Below are positions 61,301 through 64,000 of a DNA stretch of 64,000 nt, in pieces. Source of the DNA: Podarcis gaigeae (Eukaryota); NCBI GenBank assembly GCA_964106915.2, contig OZ066914.1. The stretch is one strand, 5' to 3'. The stretch's first letter is position 1. Each line of letters starts with the position of its first letter. The notes beneath the pieces were generated by a model. It saw only the letters and a program-made list of their open reading frames with translations. It had not been told where the DNA came from and ran no database searches. The position numbers and the translations under genes were made by a program.

Positions 61301-63689
61301 ACCCGAGGTACCACTGTACTTCTCAATCATAGGAGCCAACTCCTGGGGGCCAAAGGGTCTTTGCACCCCCAATAAAATAGCTCATGGGCATTGCCAGTGT
61401 GTATGCACTGTGTCATGTGATGAATCATGCAGGGTAGGGCCTACCTGGGCCCCCCAATATTTTATTCAAGTTGGCACCCCTGTTCTCAATGTGGATATTT
61501 ACACCAGTACATCGGTATTTAATTTGAAAGCCTTTTGCCCCCAAATCGTGTNNNNNNNNNNNNNNNNNNNNNNNNNNNNNNNNNNNNNNNNNNNNNNNNN
61601 NNNNNNNNNNNNNNNNNNNNNNNNNNNNNNNNNNNNNNNNNNNNNNNNNNNNNNNNNNNNNNNNNNNNNNNNNNNNNNNNNNNNNNNNNNNNNNNNNNNN
61701 NNNTATGGTAACAACTACCTGCACATCTGAATCACCAGAAACTTTCTGCAAATAGTAATAATTTGACTCTACCCATTATTGGAACCAGTAAAGCTAAACA
61801 GCAGGAATTAGGCAACTAAGCTGAGAGATAAAACTGATCTGCTGTGTATTTGGGCTGTAGGATGTATATACAACTGTTTGATTGAATTTCATTTATTGTA
61901 TGATTTGTGGCATGTGTGAAACCAGAGATTTACATATGTCCATTTTTAAAAACAAAAATATCCAGACAGGACTCAAGGATTGATTTGCTTGCCTGAGAGA
62001 AGCTGCAATATCAGCTGTCTTAAGTACTCCCTTGCCACTCACCACTTGCCAGGCAGCAGGGTGCTGTGGCTGAAACGTGGCCTTTCTAAAGCCGCCAGGG
62101 CTGAGCGCTGGTCCTCATTGAAAGGACTGATTTGTGAATCAGCCATCAGGTAGTCATAGATAAGCTGCAGCTTGCGCTCCTGAGAGGGATGAAAAGGGGT
62201 GAGGGGTGAGTAGAACAATGGAGACCCTGTTGGAATGAAGAATGTAGCAGTCTTCAAGTGCAGCCGCTTTGCAGCTGTAACCATGTTCAGACTGGTACAT
62301 CCCTCCTTAGGGTGGGTAGCACCTAGTTCTCCCAAGCCAACCTAATGCAAGTGAACTGTTTTTGCCTGGGATGCATGTCCAGGACTGCAACTGACTATGC
62401 ACTAAATACATCCAAGTTCTGTGCTCCCAAAGTCCAAAATTCTGCAGTCTTAATTTCATGAGAACAGTAAATTTCCACCTGCTGCATAGCTCAGTGTCTA
62501 AGCTACTGAGTCACATCAGCTCCTGGCAGCTTTTATGAGACCTGAAACAGCACAGCTGTAGTTGTTATGGTGCAGCAGTCTCTTGTCCATCTATCGTGCC
62601 AAACACTAGCTTCTATTCGGGTTGTGCTTAAAATTTCCTTCTTGCTCCAGCCACATCTCTTTAGTTCCTAAGTTCTGTGGCAGCACCTCCCCGCTCCAGG
62701 TTTAGATATTATTCTTCGTAGCATGCACCACTCTGACACAACACAAACCATTCACCTACTAGGCTTTATCGCCCTAAGAACGTAATACGAAGGGCATCAT
62801 TATTTGGTTGGAATCTTATTTGCTCTTGTTTTCTGCTGTTGCTTTTCTGCATATGAATTTTACTTTTCACTGTTACCCACCCTGGAAGTGCTTTTTGGCA
62901 ATGAAGAGTGGGATACAGGTGCTTAAAGTTAAATAGTCATGTTGATCAGACCAAAGGTCCTGTATCCTGTTTCTCAGAGGGTGCCTCTGGAAAGGCTAGG
63001 CTTCTGGATGGGATAGCCCCCTCTTGCTATTGTTCTCCCACCAATTGGTTTTCAGAAGCCTGCTACCTCAGATCCTGGAAGCAGTACAGAGCAACCATGA
63101 CAGACAGCAATTGATAGCCTTATACATAATGAATTTATCTTTAAAAGCCATATAAACTGGTGGCTGTCGCTACACCTTAATTAGGAGCTTGTGAAGAACT
63201 ACGTAGGGAAGTGCTATAGCTCAGTGGTAAAGCATCTGCTTTGTATGCACAAATCCTTGGCATCTCCAGGTAGGGCTGTCATTGCCACCTGGCCCCTGGA
63301 AAGAAGATCCTTCCAGTCAATGTAGACAAATACCAAGCTAGATGGACCAAAACCCTGAACTCAGTACAAGGCAGCTACCTTATGGTCTGTCCTGAATCAG
63401 CTTCATTTAATGGCCTCAGATTCTTACATGAGAAGGGGAGAAAAACTCCCCCCATCTACTTTTCTCCACCATGCCCCTCCAAGAACCTGCTTTTCCAGCT
63501 CAGCTTCTGCCCGGTGCCTTTTCTTCATCTCCACCTCCACTTGGTTGCGGGCGTGTTTCAACTTCACTTCCAGGACTGAACATTCGTACTCCGACTGGCG
63601 CAGCTTCTCCCTTGTTCCCTGCAAGTCGCAATCCAGGCGGCAACATCGCTGGCGCATCCCCTCGAGACATTTGGCAATCTGGAGGCAAT
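51223..63689 (-). CDS. Rac GTPase-activating protein 1-like (RACGAP1/MgcRacGAP/CYK-4 paralogue), 5'-partial: complement(join(51223..51277,51917..52031,52167..52278,53097..53229,53998..54103,54203..54404,55386..55481,55743..55898,56584..56759,57663..57780,58116..58196,58533..58574,60552..60624,62043..62179,63487..63689))
   Basis: 15 GT-AG exons, 1805 nt, one stop-free frame ending in TGA. Coiled coil LEVKLKHARNQVEVEMKKR, SDISFD motif, C1 domain with 8 Zn ligands, RhoGAP GLYR...LKDFLRSLKEPL...NRDTLAFL...MDRHNLARIFGPTLV, and C-terminal GKFF. Looks too divergent to be the RACGAP1 orthologue, so no symbol is given. Confidence 0.92.
51917..52031 (-). CDS. RACGAP1-like exon (DQIFFPPTPPEVSTIQMSPG...TTFPP)
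   Basis: cacccacag| ... CTC|gtaagt. Confidence 0.8.
52167..52278 (-). CDS. RACGAP1-like exon (VVANLLALPLSFWRHFVGEEQENL)
   Basis: cccctgcag| ... AAG|gtgaac. Confidence 0.88.
53097..53229 (-). CDS. RACGAP1-like exon (VMQSPECQMDRHNLARIFGPTLVGHS...RQCL)
   Basis: tatccttag| ... CTG|gtaaca. Confidence 0.94.
53998..54103 (-). CDS. RACGAP1-like exon (EIPDEAARQTAL...LPLANRDTLAFLVLHLHR)
   Basis: cccacccag| ... TAG|gtaagc. Confidence 0.94.
54203..54404 (-). CDS. RACGAP1-like RhoGAP exon with arginine finger (AGLYRVPG...LKDFLRSLKEPLVTF)
   Basis: atctgcag| ... CAG|gtgagt. Confidence 0.94.
55284..55312. repeat. (GA)n microsatellite
   Basis: Read directly. Confidence 0.95.
55386..55481 (-). CDS. RACGAP1-like exon (GILADFAPSTPPLVPPLVIQCVNQVERRGLKE)
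   Basis: tcttctcag| ... GAG|gtaagt. Confidence 0.94.
55743..55898 (-). CDS. RACGAP1-like C1-domain exon (MISLESCAVCKSRLRFGKMALKCRPCQLVVHPECKERSPSVC)
   Basis: ctacaag| ... GAG|gtgagg. Confidence 0.92.
56584..56759 (-). CDS. RACGAP1-like exon (DITSFWGSSE...QEHHFTSKT)
   Basis: ctctccacag| ... ACG|gtgaga. Confidence 0.88.
57663..57780 (-). CDS. RACGAP1-like exon (ANKMSVATLR...VVPRRRSQQSRCLSTRS)
   Basis: atcttgccag| ... CAG|gtgcct; 118 nt, phase 0 to 1. Confidence 0.78.
58116..58196 (-). CDS. RACGAP1-like exon (CSSLVPLIQPVATTKSAQTSVAPPPPS)
   Basis: ctctcctccag| ... AGT|gtaagt; 81 nt, phase 0-0. Confidence 0.75.
58533..58574 (-). CDS. RACGAP1-like exon (DLEVIKSLKGRDKG)
   Basis: ttttcttctag| ... 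GGG|gtaagt; phase 0-0. Confidence 0.8.
59937..60296. mobile_element. Degenerate Tc1/mariner (Tc2/pogo-like) MITE
   Basis: TA flanks; CCATATTTTTTTCGTGTATAA start and CGTCTAACACACGGGAAAGTGTGA end form decayed inverted termini; internal TGTATAAGA repeats. Confidence 0.6.
60552..60624 (-). CDS. RACGAP1-like exon (PSAVEGLGASIISDISFDHSDDEV)
   Basis: tctctgtag| ... GTG|gtaagt. Confidence 0.9.
61094..61316 (+). mobile_element. Tc1/mariner (pogo/Tigger-like) MITE, copy 3
   Basis: TA-CAGTGGTACCT...AGGTACCACTG-TA. Confidence 0.88.
61328..61482. mobile_element. Short hAT-type MITE
   Basis: Perfect 8-bp TSD TTCTCAAT (61320-61327, 61483-61490); imperfect TIR CATAGGAGCCAACT / AGTTGGCACCCCTG. Confidence 0.8.
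61552..61703. other. Assembly gap (152 N) in a RACGAP1-like intron
   Basis: Run of N. The flanking exons join in phase, so no coding exon is required in the gap. Confidence 0.99.
62043..62179 (-). CDS. RACGAP1-like exon (ERKLQLIYDYLMAD...EDQRSALAAL)
   Basis: ccctctcag| ... GTG|gtgagt. Confidence 0.9.
63211..63384 (+). mobile_element. tRNA-derived SINE (Squam3-like)
   Basis: TAGCTCAGTGGTAAAGCATCTGCTTTG head, GCATCTCCAGGTAGGGCTG body, GCTAGATGGACCAA...CTCAGTACAAGGCAGC tail. Confidence 0.7.
63487..63689 (-). CDS. RACGAP1-like coiled-coil exon (CLQIAKCLEGMRQR...KLKHARNQVEVEMKKRHRAEAELEKQ)
   Basis: ccttctctag| ... CAG|gttctt; begins in phase 1, so an upstream coding exon is needed. Confidence 0.92.
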
Positions 63690-64000
63690 CTAGAGAAGGC
63701 AGAAACAAGCATTGTGACATCCACAAAGGTTCTCCATGTGGCAACAGCAATGAAAAGAGAACTAACTGTGTGGAGTGGACTCTTTCTAAGTCAATGAGTC
63801 ATTCTATTTTTATTAATTTTTTTATTACTTTTCCAAATTTATAAAAAGAAATAACATTACAAAACACAGAACAAAAGAAAGCACATTACAATACAAAATA
63901 AAAACATAAAAAACAATTATTTCTTCCAAGATCCAATTTATCTTACATTGTTAGCTGACTTCCTTGAATCCCCCCAACTGAATTTCATTGCATCACCTTG

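Noticed and set aside
51223-63689. Reading the RACGAP1-like gene as a processed pseudogene or as canonical RACGAP1
   Set aside because: It has canonical introns and an unbroken frame, while its divergence and PRKAG3-linked location argue against the orthologue. Phylogeny is still needed.

Overview
Vertebrate genomic DNA, most likely a squamate. The SINE/MITE content suggests a lacertid lizard, but that is inference. I assembled three intron-containing genes by hand from GT-AG boundaries with consistent codon phase. (1) TTLL4 (+): complete CDS 6402-23297, 18 coding exons, 1138 aa. (2) PRKAG3/AMPK gamma-3 (+): complete CDS 32522-44255, 12 coding exons, 523 aa, CpG-island promoter, with a cryptic 21-bp/heptad repeat in its N-terminal extension. 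(3) A divergent RACGAP1/MgcRacGAP/CYK-4 paralogue (-): 15 coding exons at 63689-51223, all in frame; its first coding exon lies beyond the window. The main candidate discovery is this second RACGAP1-type gene. It keeps the RACGAP1 exon architecture, coiled coil, C1 zinc ligands and GAP arginine finger, but has lost or altered several known mitotic phosphosites and the basic NLS. It sits beside PRKAG3 much as RACGAP1 sits near PRKAG1 on human 12q13, suggesting a whole-genome-duplication ohnologue lost in mammals. Gene order also differs from human 2q35: there is no CYP27A1 between TTLL4 and PRKAG3, and PRKAG3 is flipped. Introns hold hAT and Tc1/mariner MITEs with TSDs, tRNA-derived SINEs, LINE tails, microsatellites and a 152-N gap. 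All comparisons to human proteins are from memory and need alignment.
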